Counted from the whole stretch's first letter, positions 24,829-38,187 are shown. The stretch: DNA of 63,981 nt, filler included, from Reticulomyxa filosa (GCA_000512085.1; 23 parts of 23 records of this genome joined end to end with filler, not necessarily neighbours in it); one strand, 5' to 3'. The notes: generated from the letters alone by a model not told the origin. Made by a program: numbers and translations.

Positions 24829-26185
24829 TGGAAAATATCGTGTCACTGTCAATCTCATAGCGATGCAATAGTTCAATACAAGGCTTGGCTTTTTTTTTTT
24901 TACACGTTGTGTCCTCCCTTTAAATAAATAATAAATAATAAAAAAAACAACACAATACAAAATTAGACCCTTCCACAAAGCTTTTTTTTTTGTTATATTT
25001 TCTTTGCTTTTTTTTATGCGTGTGTATGTATGTCAATGCGAAGGGATACAAACATAAAAATGGGTTATTACAATTACCTTTGTTGTATCGTTTCTTTATT
25101 TCTTTTTTTTTTCTGTTGTTGTGTAAATCCATCGAGTATGTGATTTCTTTCGGTGTTTCATGATTGCTCTATGCAAGGATATCAAAAAGAAAAATTGTTT
25201 CGTTGTTTATGGTAAAGATTTTTTTTTTTTTGAGTGAACATGATTGTTGTTACAAATTACCTTTAACCAAGCTTTATTAACCCAAGATAAAAATTCAAGG
25301 ACGTGCTTACTTGATTCTTTTTTTTTTTCTTTCATCATTACACTCATTACACAATTCACCAGTTTTTTTTGGTGGCCACTTTTAAAACATTCATTTGAAA
25401 TTAGTGAAATAAAATGGCACAAAAGAAGTTCAATCTTTGCTCAAAGAGGTGGACCCCACGAACAAAAATTGTTACATTGCCCAAATTTTCTCTCCTAAAG
25501 ATGCTATTACTGTTCTCAATTTCACGGTTTTGATTTTTCCGGTTCGTCTGGATCACATATTCTGTGCCATATGTGTGACGATAACGTCCAATGGACGTGT
25601 GCTCGCTGTATGCGTATACTTGCACTCCAAACAAATATTGAAGCCATCCGTCTGTTTTGTACATTCATTTGAATGCTTCAATTGATTGAATCAGTTCGTT
25701 TAACAAACTTCACCACCAAACAAATCAGAGTATTTTTTTGCTTCTCAATGTGATGATTGCAACATAAATCTATTCTTTTTTTGCATAATGATAAATTATA
25801 CTCTTGCAAAAAAAGCCGTATCATAAAAACAAATTTAGATTGACATTTTTTCAGCACGAAAATACAGTAAAAATATAAAAAAAGTTGAACTATTGTGATT
25901 TTTTTGTCCTTCCTTTTACACGTGTTTGTGTATTTTATTTTCATATTAACCCTTTTCTTCTTTTGTGTGTTGTCATATAACAAAGTAATGATCGCCTTAG
26001 AAAAATTCAAAGGGTCGTAATTCAAAAAGTTAGTATTCATTTAATTGTCGAATATTTCAAATCGAATTTAATGAATGAGTGGACATGCAAAAAACAAGTA
26101 TTACTAGTGAAAAAATACAGTTAATTCAATTCAATCAAAAGAATCAAACCACTTAAAATGTTTTTTTATTTTTGGAAAAATGATA

Positions 26186-27582
26186 TTATCCCCAAATACG
26201 AATAGGACCAAGACGTGAACTATAACATAGATTAACGTCACAATTATTATTGTTTTTTTTGTTCTTTTTTAACTGTAGAAATTTAAGACATAATATTCCA
26301 TCGCCCTCTTTATCTCCATTGATAACATACAATTCTTTATTATTTGATCGAATATCCCAAAATCGAATTGTATTATCTTCTGATCCAGAACATATCACAT
26401 TTGAATTACCACCGACCTCGATATTCTTTACTACAAATGGTGAATATTCAGCAGCATATACATAAGTTGTATGTCCATTGAATATTTGAGTTTGTTGACT
26501 AGATCGAATATCCCATAAACGAATACTTTTATCCCCTGATCCTGATAATATCATATTTGTACCACCAATCATTCCTAATTCATTTGTTCCATATTTTGCG
26601 GTATTCACTGTATATTGATGTCCTTTTAATACAATTAGTTGTTTGGCCGTTTCAATATCCCATATACGAATAGTATTATCCCATGATCCAGAACAAATGG
26701 TATATCCATTACCACCAATTATACCAATATCATTACTTTTATTACCATTATTGTTGTTATTGGTTTGCAATGGTGAAAATTCCACACATCGAACAATACT
26801 TCCATGCCCTCTGAAAACATGCAATAATTCGGATGTTTCAATATCCAAAAAACGAACTGTTGAGTCAAATGACGCAGCACACAAATATCGACCACCATTA
26901 AATGATGAGAATTCAATGCCACAAACACTATGACCATGTCTATTGAATATTTGTGATTTCATATTATCTTTGATATCCCAAAAACGAATTGTCCTATCTC
27001 GTGATGAAGAACAAACGACATTACGATGATGATTGTAATAATGGTATGGTGAAAACTTCACACAATGCACTTCAGATAAATGTTCATTGGCTTGAATTTG
27101 CTTGCTTGTCTCTATATCCCATATGCGAACCGTTTTATCATCTGACCCAGAACAAAGTAAATGTTTGTCATCAAATGTCGAATAATCAATACTCCACACA
27201 TATTCCGTGTGCCCACGAAGAGTCATGGACAATTTAGATGAGAAACGAAACGTGTCAAGTATGAAGAAGATAGCAACCTATGTTAAATAGTAATTACGTA
27301 TAATAACAATAAAATATCTGAACATTTGATTAATTAAATGAAAAACAAATGAACAAAAAACATTACATAATTGACAACAAGTTTGTCAAAATCGTGGATC
27401 CATCCTAGTTTAATTTTAATTTCCAAATCCAATGTTTAATAATTAGTTGGACTTCTTCTTCTGACTGATTTAACCAAACCACATACAACAAAAACGTAAA
27501 CAACCAACTTTCTAAAGGCTTGAAATGAGCTTACCAAGGCGAGCTGTGTCGAAGTTTGTTCTTTATTGTCAAGAGTAGTCAT
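26186..27582 (-). CDS. WD40-repeat protein (ICSGS.D.TIR.WD subfamily); exons 27582-27535, 27464-27367, 27277-26186; exon 2 is 1 nt short
   Basis: 348-aa WD40 ORF plus two upstream exons homologous to those of the 629 gene. Exon 2 is 98 nt (99 or 102 in paralogues), with the indel next to an A-run, so this is either a sequencing error or a young pseudogene. Confidence 0.88.
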
Positions 27583-28109
27583 GTTTTGCACTTTTTTTTG
27601 TTTGTTATGTTGGGATTGTCCTTTAGATGATTATGACGAAAAATGTTTGAACTTTTTTTTGGGGGGCCACATAAACACGTTTAAATTCAGAACGCACTTC
27701 AAATCTAATCTCTTACATAAAAAATGTAATAGTTTTAACCAGTTTTGGTGGCATATTTTTGTAACAAGCAATATTTGTCAATGCAAATTCAAAGACAAAT
27801 ATAATTAATTTGTGTTTTTCATATAATTTCCATGTTTTTTTTTCCTTTGGTTCATATCAAATGCTTTTCCAAAAAAAAAAAAATTTGAAATCCATTGAAT
27901 GACCTTGGCGAAAACGAAAGCACAATGACAGCGGCAAAAATGAAGCAAATATGACGTGTGGAGTGAAGAATCATATCAAAATTGCATCATCAATATTTTC
28001 TTGTCATGATAAAATAGAGTACTAGATGAGACAAATACTACAACTGTTTAAATTTTTTCAAAAAAAAAAAAAAAGAGGACTTTTTTTTCAAATCCCTTTT
28101 TTAGTAATT

Positions 28110-28990
28110 AACTCTTTCAAACTTTGAGATAGAGAAAGTGGGATAGGCAAATCCTGCAATGTGTGCTACACAAACACGAACTCCTCATTTGTGGAGGTTT
28201 TTATCAAAGAGACTGTTATTTTTAACATACACTAAAAACGAACACAAGTTTATCTGTAAATATCCAAGTGATATTATACTACAAGGACACTGTGTAGTGA
28301 AGCCGGTGGATAACAAAAAAGATAGTAATGAAATTACTTTATTGTCTTTTGGTGGATTATCTAAACATACATTGACGATGAAATATGTAAGTGTTTGGAA
28401 TGATAAAAATGATAATGACAATGAAACAAATAATTCAAAGAAATCAAACAAATATAATCAATGGATTCCTTTCACAAACAATAATAATAATCCAATTCGC
28501 ATTACAAAATTTGAAGATTATTGTGATGGAATGCGTGCAGTGGTTGACAACCATTTGTTATTTATTACTTATCTTAGAAATAATATTAGTGTATTTGATT
28601 TAAATACACTTCAATTTATTAAACATAGTATTTTACCAACTAAATATGATATTCGTTATCATTGCTTTGTATCAAAATCAGAAAAAATGTATTTATTTTG
28701 AAAATACTTTGCCAATTCCATTGTATAATTGTTTTGGTATATTAAATAAGATAACATTCACACATATCATTGGAGGAAGAGATGGTAAAAATGATGTAGT
28801 AACAACTCACATAAAGACGAAAGTGATGTATGGAGAAATAACTTAACTCTGGTAATAATTTTTTTTATTATCTTGTATTTCATAATAATCTTTATTGTAT
28901 GAAACTGATTTATGAACAATTAACAGTCAAAAGAAATAAAACTCATTATTCAGTATTGAATTCGAATTTTAAAAATAAAATTACGAAAGA
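28110..28990 (+). pseudogene. Kelch-like beta-propeller pseudogene with C-terminal 'WIR' module
   Basis: QCVLHKHELLICGG, KFICKYPSDIILQGHCVVK, ITLLSFGG, HTLTMKYVSVW, YHCFV and HIIGGRDG with frameshifts. Last exon AG|SKEIKLIIQY*IRILKIKL at 28927. Confidence 0.8.
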
Positions 28991-29357
28991 AGATAATGAA
29001 ATAATTTGTTTTAAATGTATTAGATTGAAAAAAAAGATGAAACAAATAATGTTACAGATGATTTGAATTTGTGTTATGGTTCATTCAAAAGGAGCAAATA
29101 ATTGTGTTTTTTTTTAGTACATGCCAGGATCATTTGCCCAGAATTCTGGTCCAATACCCTTAGTATTCTCTTTGAATGTTTGCTCCAATCTTCTACTTTG
29201 GGTAATTGCTGACTTTCTAAGGAAGACATGATCAATTTTTTTAACTTGAAAAAAAAANNNNNNNNNNNNNNNNNNNNNNNNNNNNNNNNNNNNNNNNNNN
29301 NTTAATTAATTAANNNNNNNNNNNNNNNNNNNNNNNNNNNNNNNNNNNNNNNNNNNN

Positions 29358-29903
29358 ATTGTAATTGTTTGATTTGTTTAATTCATTGAATTGATTGAAT
29401 TTTTTTGATTTATTCGTTTCATTTTCATCATTATTGTTGTCATCACTCCAAACACTTAAATATTTCATCACCAATGTATGTCTTAGATGTGGAGATCCAC
29501 CAAAAGACAACAAAGTGATTTGATTGTTGTCTTTGTCGTTGTTACTGTTGCTATCTACCAGTTTCACTACACAGTGTCCATCTAATATAACATCCCTTGG
29601 ATACTGACAGATAAACTTGTATTCGTTTTTGAGTGTATGATAAGAATAACAAGCTCTTTCATCATTACCTCCACAAATGAGGAGTTCGCATTTGTGTAGC
29701 ACACATTGAGATTGATAAAGTGGAGCGGGCAACTCCTTCAAAGTTTGAAAGTGGGTATTAATCTGTTGATTTCGTTCAGTTTCAGTTTCAGGAGAGCTTT
29801 GTGTTGTAGGCAGCTCTTTCAAAGTTTGAGAGTGGGTAGTAATCTGTCGACTTTGTTCAGTTTCTTTTTTAGGAGCGTTTTGTGTTGTAGTTTGATTGCC
29901 CAT
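29358..29903 (-). CDS. Kelch-like beta-propeller protein, N-terminal part (cut by contig end)
   Basis: MGNQTT...FQTLKELPAPLYQSQCVLHKCELLICGG...CYSYHTLKNEYKFICQYP...GHCVVKLVD...ITLLSFGG. Paralogue of 28110-28990. Confidence 0.85.
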
Positions 29904-30605
29904 GTTGTTAATGTTTAGGAAGTTTTTTTTTTAAAAAAGGGGCTGTGACCTAACCCTTTTTGAGAAAACAAAAATATTGTACATTAGCATATTTTATTTG
30001 ATTAAACATAATTTGAACAATGAAAATTAAAATGAATGGAAGTTGAATTATTGTATCGAGAACTTTGAATGAAAAAATAATATGATTGTTATCTATGAAC
30101 CAAGACTGAGATTGTGACAGTCTTGAAATAACGAAAGTATCAGAAACATGGATATTGTACCTTTCTTTTTAAATTAAAAAATAACAAAAAATCAGTTATT
30201 AAGAATCTTGAAATGTTTTATACTTGTGTAGCTTTTACTTGTATTTGCATTTAGTCTTTGTCTATACACAATCCTTGTGATAAGAGAAATTAAAAAAGAT
30301 AGTTTTACTTCATTTCTTGATTATAAAAAGATTGGAGTTTTTAATGGTATTCTCCACTAATTTTTTTATCCTAAAACTTTTTTGTAAAGCTATGCAACTT
30401 GTAATCTCTGTTCGGCCAACATTTTGCAAAAAAAAACTTTGGGAAAAAAAAGTAAATTATTTACATATGTAAATCAACTTGTCAATTTATTCTTTATTTT
30501 ATTTGNNNNNNNNNNNNNNNNNNNNNNNNNNNNNNNNNNNNNNNNNNNNTTAATTAATTAANNNNNNNNNNNNNNNNNNNNNNNNNNNNNNNNNNNNNNN
30601 NNNNN

Positions 30606-31071
30606 CCAAAAAAAAAAAAAAAAAAACAACACCTTTCAAATCAAATTTATCAATGACCAGATCACTAAGGACCATTGCAGAAAGCTCTTCTTGCTCAATA
30701 TTGTTTCGTATACTTTTCTCTTCTTTTGTTAGGAAATGCTTAAAAAATAAAAAACCCAGCTCTTGACAAATTTTATCATCAAAACAGGGGGTATTGTTGT
30801 TGCTTGTGTTGTCGTTTCTTTTCTCGCTTTGCAATTGAGAATTTGCCTCTTCCAGTCTCACACATCGAGTTCGCTCTTCTTCCAATTGCTGCTCCAAGTG
30901 TGCTGTTCTACCGCTCAACTCGATTATCTGATCTGTCATTGCTTTTATTTGGTCCGGTGTTACTGTTGGCATACCCATGTCTTCTTCTTTGTTTGTGCTC
31001 GTCGAACGCACTCTGTCCATATTCGACTCATGTGTTTGATTATCCGTCTCTGGTGAGCAGGTGCCTCCCAT
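30606..31071 (-). CDS. N-terminal part of a coiled-coil protein with a possible N-myristoylation motif
   Basis: MGGTCS (MGxxxS) start; heptad-rich LSGRTAHLEQQLEEERTRCVRLEEANSQLQ; runs into a T-rich intron at the contig end. Confidence 0.65.
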
Positions 31072-34000
31072 CCTTTCACTATCTCTTTTCTTAAGCTCGC
31101 TTAATAATTATTCTTGATCCCTGAATCAAGGACCCTTACAAAAGAAAAGGATTTTTTACGCTTTTCACTGTGATGATAATTGCTGGAATAACAATTAACA
31201 CAAATAAATCAAACATCTCCTTTGAAATACAAAAGTTTCATGAAATTCAATTTTTTGTTTTTTAAAAAAAACTGACCAAATCGTAAAAAATGAGCACGCC
31301 AGTTACGGGTCTCGCGTTTCTAGAACTTCTGTCTAGGGTTTAGAGGCTGCACTGGGAATCAAACATCAATGGCAACTGATTTAGCTTGCCATTTGTTGAG
31401 AAAGACAAAGAGAACGACAAGCAACAAATATAAATGAAGTTTGTAAATCTATATTGTTGTGTCAAAGTTTTCGTTAAAGGTGGTAACGAGAGCAGACTAC
31501 GAACAAGAAGTTTGTGCGTCTAAAGAGGACATTAATTTGTATTGTTACAATTGTTGGACGTTTGACATTGCTGTTGAGATTTGAGTAAACCACAGGAAAT
31601 GTGTTTTGTCTGTGAAAAGAAGTGACAGAATTTCTATTACTATCCAAAGTGACGGAGATGAACAAGGGAAGAACTTTGTATGATTTTTTCAACGGTTCAA
31701 TAAAACATGTCCTAATGAATGAACAAAGTATATTTGTAAAGTATTAATTAGATAAAAAAAATAACAAATATCTAATATATTTTTAAAAAACAGTAAATAC
31801 TTTTATGTGACACTATTTTGATTTCGTTTTCGGAATATATTTCCCTAGGTTTTTGGATCAGACACAAAGTTTCATAGAATGGTTAATACAAAATTGTTGA
31901 TCAAAACATTAGAGTATGTTTCTAAATCAATTTTTTTCAATTGCATTGAAAAACAACACAAGCTTCTGGGAACAGCACGAAAAAGTTTTAGGAAAATAAA
32001 AAGGGGATGAGCTATAGAAAAAAATGTTGATGTTTTAACGTCAAGTTTCTCACTCGTTATTTGTTCATTTCATATTATTTATGTCGTTTGATTTAAATTT
32101 TGTTCGTGGACTACTGTAAGATTTTAGCAAGTTTTTTGCTAGTGTCTTTTGTTTGCACACAGACGTACAAGTTAGTTCCTATTCCGTGCACACAATAATA
32201 AAAAAGATGTACTTCACATTTCATCAATGGCGTGATCACTCTTGTTTCAGGGTCTTATTTCTTTATCCAAGTTAAGACGCGCCATCAAACAAACAAATAA
32301 AAATTATTTTTGAAACGCAGAACAAAAATGATTAACTGAAATTTCCAATTTGTTTATTAGTTTATGTTTTATTTTTTTCTTGTAACGTAATGAGTTTTGT
32401 TTTGAAATGATAGGTCGGACCAAACAGAAAATCCTCAAAGCGACAGTATTTGCATCGGGACATCGATTGACCTGGATTTGGATTTATGGCGTAAATACCA
32501 ACAATCGACGTTTAATTGGACTATCGCTGGTAATCCACAAAGTTAACATTATTTGTCTATTTTTTTTTTTTGGAATACTAAATGTTTGATTTTTTTTGTT
32601 ACAAAAATAGATATGAATACAACAAGGTGGAACAAGCATATCCGGATGAAGTTGGAGTTAAATTTTTTTGGAAGTTCCGGATATGGAACAGTAAGTACTT
32701 TAATCCTGTGCAAGAGTATTTTTTTTGTTATCTGTACATTTTTTTTTTTGTGGGATGCAACAGTTTAATTTGGAAAATTGAACCGCATACTTCGTCCAAC
32801 ACAGTTTTGATTTTTTTCTTTTTTTTGAACCAAAAGCAAACAAACAAACAAAAAAAATTATCTGTCCATTTTTTTTTTATAACGAAAATGATGCACACGA
32901 ATAATAACTGCCAAAGGGACGAGTACTAACGGGACGACTAAAGCAAATGCAATGTTGACAAACAGTGGCGGAACAAATTGCCAACCATGTAAGTGTCTGT
33001 TTGTTTAGTTTATAATGGCATTATGATTTTAATTAATTTGAATGATTGAATAGGGTAGCAACACTGATAGCTGTACCAAGTGCGTTCTCGTTATTTACTC
33101 CCTCACAAATGTATGCACTTGGACATCAAGAATATTTACTGTTGGTGAACATGCACAAAATAGAGCCACAAAAGACGAATACATAGGCTAGCTCAATTTC
33201 AGACGAAGTTCATGAAAGTAACTGACATTCATTCAAACACAATCTCAAATCTAGCCTAGTATATCATAGCACTTCCAACTTTGCCTTTAATGGTGACCTC
33301 GACTCAAAGAGGCATGCATTCTGATACTTGTGGTTCGATCAGACCACACGAATAATCTATTTTGAATTTTTCAAATATGATCCAATCAATCGATTACATT
33401 AATGGCATATGCAAATTGCGATGTAAAAAAATATCATTTTGAAACAATCAGGATATAACGCTAAATGACGACAATTGCTGTAATTTCATAGTCAATGCAC
33501 ACAACATGAATACTCTTTTCGCTTTGCAATATACCCACCTGTGGCCAAGGAATTGATGACAATGATCAGAAGTTGCAGTGCCAAGTATAAAGGTGGCAAG
33601 AAAAAACGTGCATTTTAACCTACAAAGTGCGTGCGAAAGGCTGTGCATTATTTCACAACACTACGTATGCACACACCAGATTAAAAAAAAAAAGTGAAAG
33701 CTGTGGTACGAATCGTGACAATCAACGTTGTTTTTAAAATAAATAAAAACTAAATTAATTATTGTTTGCTTGCCTCATTTGTTTTGTGCGATTTAGTGTA
33801 AAGAGTGTCATTTTTTTCAACATAAATTATTTCTTATTTAACAAAAACATCAAAAATTATTTTATCATAACTCGAATTGCATTCAATTAGCCATTTGTTT
33901 TAAAAAAAACAACAAACAAAATTATATTTATCTTTTTATTTACAACAATGCACACACTCAATTTTTTGTTATAAATACTACACACTTTTATTACACTGCT

Positions 34001-34393
34001 TTGCTTAAATAACAATAGCGCAAAAATCCAAAACCTTGCGCCACCAACGCACCACAAAAAAAATGTCTTCAACAAATATAAAAAATGTTTCGTATTTGTT
34101 TTTTTTGTTTTTATAGCTATACACTCTATTCTTTTATTTTTTTTTTTTCTTACATTCTTTTTATCATTTTTATGTGTTTGTGATGTTTTTACAGGTCTCC
34201 AACACTCCTTGCACAAAAAAAAAACAAACCGGATGTCCAACCCAGTCTCCAACAAATATAAAAAATGTTTCGTATTTGTTTTTTTTGTTTTTANNNNNNN
34301 NNNNNNNNNNNNNNNNNNNNNNNNNNNNNNNNNNNNNTTAATTAATTAANNNNNNNNNNNNNNNNNNNNNNNNNNNNNNNNNNNNNNNNNNNN

Positions 34394-34433
<40 letters not shown>

Positions 34434-34485
34434 CTAAACAAAATAAACTTTTTTGGAAAAAAAAAAAAAAAAAAAATGGGGACAG

Positions 34486-35500
34486 AGATCCATTTCAGCC
34501 AAAAGTTGGATTTCGTACCCATCATTCGGACAAAGTTGATGAAATAACACCGACCAGTGCGACTGACAAGGACAAGACAGCAATGACGACAACAATAGCG
34601 ACAGCTGCATTAGTGCCACCTGTGAGTCAATTAAAAGTGGACGTAAATGCAAGTGGTTGCCATGTGCTGCCGACGGGTGCATTAAACAGTAGCACCACAC
34701 AAAGCAATGGCCATCAAGCGAAGGGTTATGATGGTCGTATTGTGTATCACTCTCAACATCATCATCAACAGCAACAACAACAACAACAACAACAACAGAC
34801 CACTTGTGCAGAAACACAAGCACAATCTTCTTTTTCCTATCTTTGCAATGCCGACACCACCACCACATCTGACACTAGCTTTGCCAATGAACTTTCTGCC
34901 CACAAACAGAAACATGACTTGGCACTCGTGCCTCCATTGAACAATTACTATTGTTATCCAAATAATCACAAGTCCAATGAGGCCAAGTTCGAGTTTGCTT
35001 TGGACACCCAACAACAGCCATTGTTTGCAGAACAAATGTGTATGATTACTGGCTTACCGAAAACAAAAATTTTTTTTTATTTGTCCTTTTTTTTTTTTTT
35101 TTTTTTTTTTTGGCCATTAAACGTAAAATGAGAATGTTGAATCGAATGAAAGTGGACGAACAATTCAAACAAACAAACAAACAAAAAAGGTAATAATGAA
35201 ATGGCGCCCACAGAGTCACTCTACGCGTACCAAGGAATGACCGAGTTCCCATATTATGTGAACGACAGGATAGTCACTGGTGGCGACGGGAGTGACGACC
35301 GCGGTCATAATCACAATTACTTTGCTGTTCCCATGCCGACTGACTTAAGTTACATGGGACTACAGAACCATCCCTATTCGCAAGTGATGACGACCGACAC
35401 TTGGGCCGTGAACAATGATTTAGTCAACGGAGTGTATCTCAACATGTTGTCAATGAATATTTCACCTCAATTTGTTCCAACTAAAGAAAAGCTCTCTCCT
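34486..35500 (+). CDS. Internal exons of a low-complexity polyQ/His protein
   Basis: GC-richer frame 34488-35040 containing HHHQQQQQQQQQQQ, then a T-rich intron and an exon at 35191-35500. No recognisable domain. Confidence 0.55.
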
Positions 35501-35511
35501 TGTATGAACAA

Positions 35512-35552
<41 letters not shown>

Positions 35553-35652
35553 NNNNNNNNNNNNNNNNNNNNNNNNNNNNNNNNNNNNNNNNNNNNTTAA
35601 TTAATTAANNNNNNNNNNNNNNNNNNNNNNNNNNNNNNNNNNNNNNNNNNNN

Positions 35653-35702
35653 ATCTCTATAAGGTGCCATTTTAGGTGTCAACTTTACTTTGCATTCTAC
35701 TG
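35653..35702 (+). mobile_element. Tc1-family right TIR end
   Basis: ATCTCTATAAGGTGCCATTTTAGGTGTCAACTTTACTTTGCATTCTACTG|TA, nearly identical to 95-146. Confidence 0.75.
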
Positions 35703-35799
35703 TATATATATACTTTTTATCACTTGTATAGATCTACACAATACCAAATTATGTATGAACATTCTGTATTAAACTGGGTGTAAGTGTCGTTGATTTGCA

Positions 35800-36300
35800 A
35801 CAAGAATACTAATTTCAAACTTTATTTCACCTGAATTGATTCTGTTCGAAACAACTGTTCGTAATAACAATTTAGATGTTTGTGTCAAGATTGGAATCAT
35901 GACTGTCATCATATCAATAATTGACTTTCTTTCAAATAACACATCAACATCATTTTGATGATCCTTTTCAATAGTCTTTCAAAACAATAACATTATCTGT
36001 GCTTTAATCACTATCTAGTTTTGGAATTGTAATAATGTTTGCTTTCAACAATTTTGGACATGAGCAATCTTGAAATTTCATAAATATTAATGAAAATGAA
36101 TTGATAATTGTTGTTTACAATAATTGATTATGAATGTTATCTGATAATTGTGATTAAACTCATCTAAATGCCTCATAACTTCTTAATCAGTAATATCTAT
36201 TTGATAGAATTCGTTCTACATAGGACAATTCATTTAATCTTTTCTTTTCATTAATAACTGATTAGCAGTGTTATACTCTGAATAGTTTGGTAATTGGAGT
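35800..36300 (-). mobile_element. Decayed non-LTR (LINE, jockey-like) reverse transcriptase fragment
   Basis: Minus-strand pieces ITD*EVMRHL, DNIHNQLL, LLKANIITIPKLD, RLLKRIIK and FQS*H.TSKLLLR follow the order of the LINE RT N-terminal motifs (I...EV, PGPD.I, WK.A.I.PIPK, K.LERII, Q.GF). Many stops. Confidence 0.6.
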
Positions 36301-36439
36301 GATTGTGTAAATCAAGTCAGAAATAATTTAGCTGTTCAGAGTATGTTTTTGCACACCACATTGGATCCAGGAGAAATAATTGATAATATTGATTTTGTTT
36401 GAATTCATTAATTTCAAATGTGAAAATACCTTTCTTGTA

Positions 36440-36699
36440 CAGTAGAATGTAAAAAAAAGCTGATATAAAACGGCACCTTATAGAGATATAGATTTTCATC
36501 ATGAAGAAACAGTATTTAGATATAATTTTTTTTCATTTTAAAAAATATCTATAAATTGTGTAGTTTTTATATGATTTTGGTTTTTTATTAAATCTTTCTT
36601 AATTATTTGAAAAGTTAAATTCTTTTTCAACTGAATTTTCTTTCTAAGGGACTGTTTAAATTTTAATTTTTTTGGAAAATTTTTTGGAAATTTTTGATA
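36440..36699 (+). mobile_element. Left TIR and subterminal region of the Tc1 family seen at 1-144 and 3400-3497
   Basis: TA|CAGTAGAATGTAAAAAAAAGCTGATATAAAACGGCACCTTATAGAGAT...AAATATCTATAAATTGTGTAGTTTTTA is the approximate reverse complement of 1-144. Confidence 0.7.
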
Positions 36700-37638
36700 C
36701 AGTAAGCTGGAAAAAACTGACATAACTAAATGACGCATCTGTGATAGAATCAATTTTCTCCATGAAAAATGAACGTTTACATCTAATTTTTTAAAATATA
36801 TACAAATCTTGTAGTTTTTTTAATATAAAATTTTTCTTTTTTTATGTGTTTAATTCTTTTTTTTGATTTTGAAATGGTTTAATTGCAGCTAAAAAGGAAA
36901 CGCTAAACTTGGAAGATAATTCTATTAGCTGAGTTTTGAATTAATATACAGGTTTAATTGTAAATAATTTGAAAAGGATTTTTTTAGATGAAACAATGAT
37001 ATATTTTGTGGAAGTTATTAAAATAAATACTTAGAAAATGATTGAACTAAGACTTGGAAGAAAATCAAATTAAAAAAATTAGATTTAATAAAAACAATAT
37101 CACGATCTGAGATCGTTTAATCCAAAAGCTGTTAGGCATACCCGCAATGTAACAATGAAATCAATTAAAACTGATAAAAAAAGACACAATGAACAGTAGG
37201 TTTTATTGTTTCGATTATAAAAATAACAGTTGGCTCCAGCATATCAATTTTATCACAAAACTCAAAAACATAAATAATTTAAAAAACTTATATCAGATAA
37301 AATTTCAAAAAACAAAGTTTAATTTTGAATTTTTTAAAACTACAAAAGATACAATACTAATTTTTTAAAAAGTATATACATGGTTTGGAGATTCCTAAAA
37401 AAGAAACAAAAAGATTAAACATTTCATATTGATAATACAGTCTTGATTATGCGTTTTTGGGAAATTTAAAAAAACAATTAGTTTAACCAACCTAGAAAAA
37501 AGTTTATAAAACTAATTTTATATTTAAAAATTACAAGATTTGTAGATATTTTTAAAAACATTATGATTAAATGCTTACTTTTCATGGAGTAAATGGGTTC
37601 TCTTCATAAGGTATGCCAGTTTTTTTTGCAACCTACTA
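36700..37638. mobile_element. Non-autonomous Tc1/mariner-type element (about 940 bp) with long imperfect TIRs
   Basis: Left end TA|CAGTAAGCTGGAAAAAACTGACATA...CTCCATGAAAA...TACAAATCTTGTA pairs with right end TACAAGATTTGTA...TTTTCATGGAG...TATGCCAGTTTTTTTTGCAACCTACTA. No ORF inside. Confidence 0.65.
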
Positions 37639-38187
37639 ACCACTCACAAAATTAGATATTAAGAAATAAAATAAATATCTATTATGTGATAGAAAAATGT
37701 GAGTCAAGTTATGAAACATTGGTAAACTTTGCTGTGATCCAAATAGAAAAATCTAAACGCAAACCTAGGTTTACGTGAAAATACAAGACTAGTAAGATGA
37801 GAGACAAGATCGGCAAGTGATAACACAAAAAAAAGAAGAAATTGATAACAATAAAGATGAAGTACAATAAGAAAAAACTTGTTTATTTGGCAAAAAACAT
37901 TGATTCGTTTGTTTTTTTATTGGGTGCAATGTCTTGCTCTGAGTCAAGTATGAATAAACCTTTAATTTTGGAGATCGATTTTATATTTACTCTTGTACAG
38001 ATGAGATATGTGATAAAAAGGATAATCTTTTTTTAAAATATACTAACTCTAATTTCTAATTTTAGTCACTCGATTTTTTAAAGGGNNNNNNNNNNNNNNN
38101 NNNNNNNNNNNNNNNNNNNNNNNNNNNNNTTAATTAATTAANNNNNNNNNNNNNNNNNNNNNNNNNNNNNNNNNNNNNNNNNNNNAA

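Noticed and set aside
32400-33000. Short exon-like segments on the plus strand
   Set aside because: Could not assemble a consistent frame or recognise a family; possibly a decayed gene.
34064-34293. About 45-bp direct repeat at 180-nt spacing
   Set aside because: Only two AT-rich copies at a contig end; probably a local duplication or assembly artefact, not an array.
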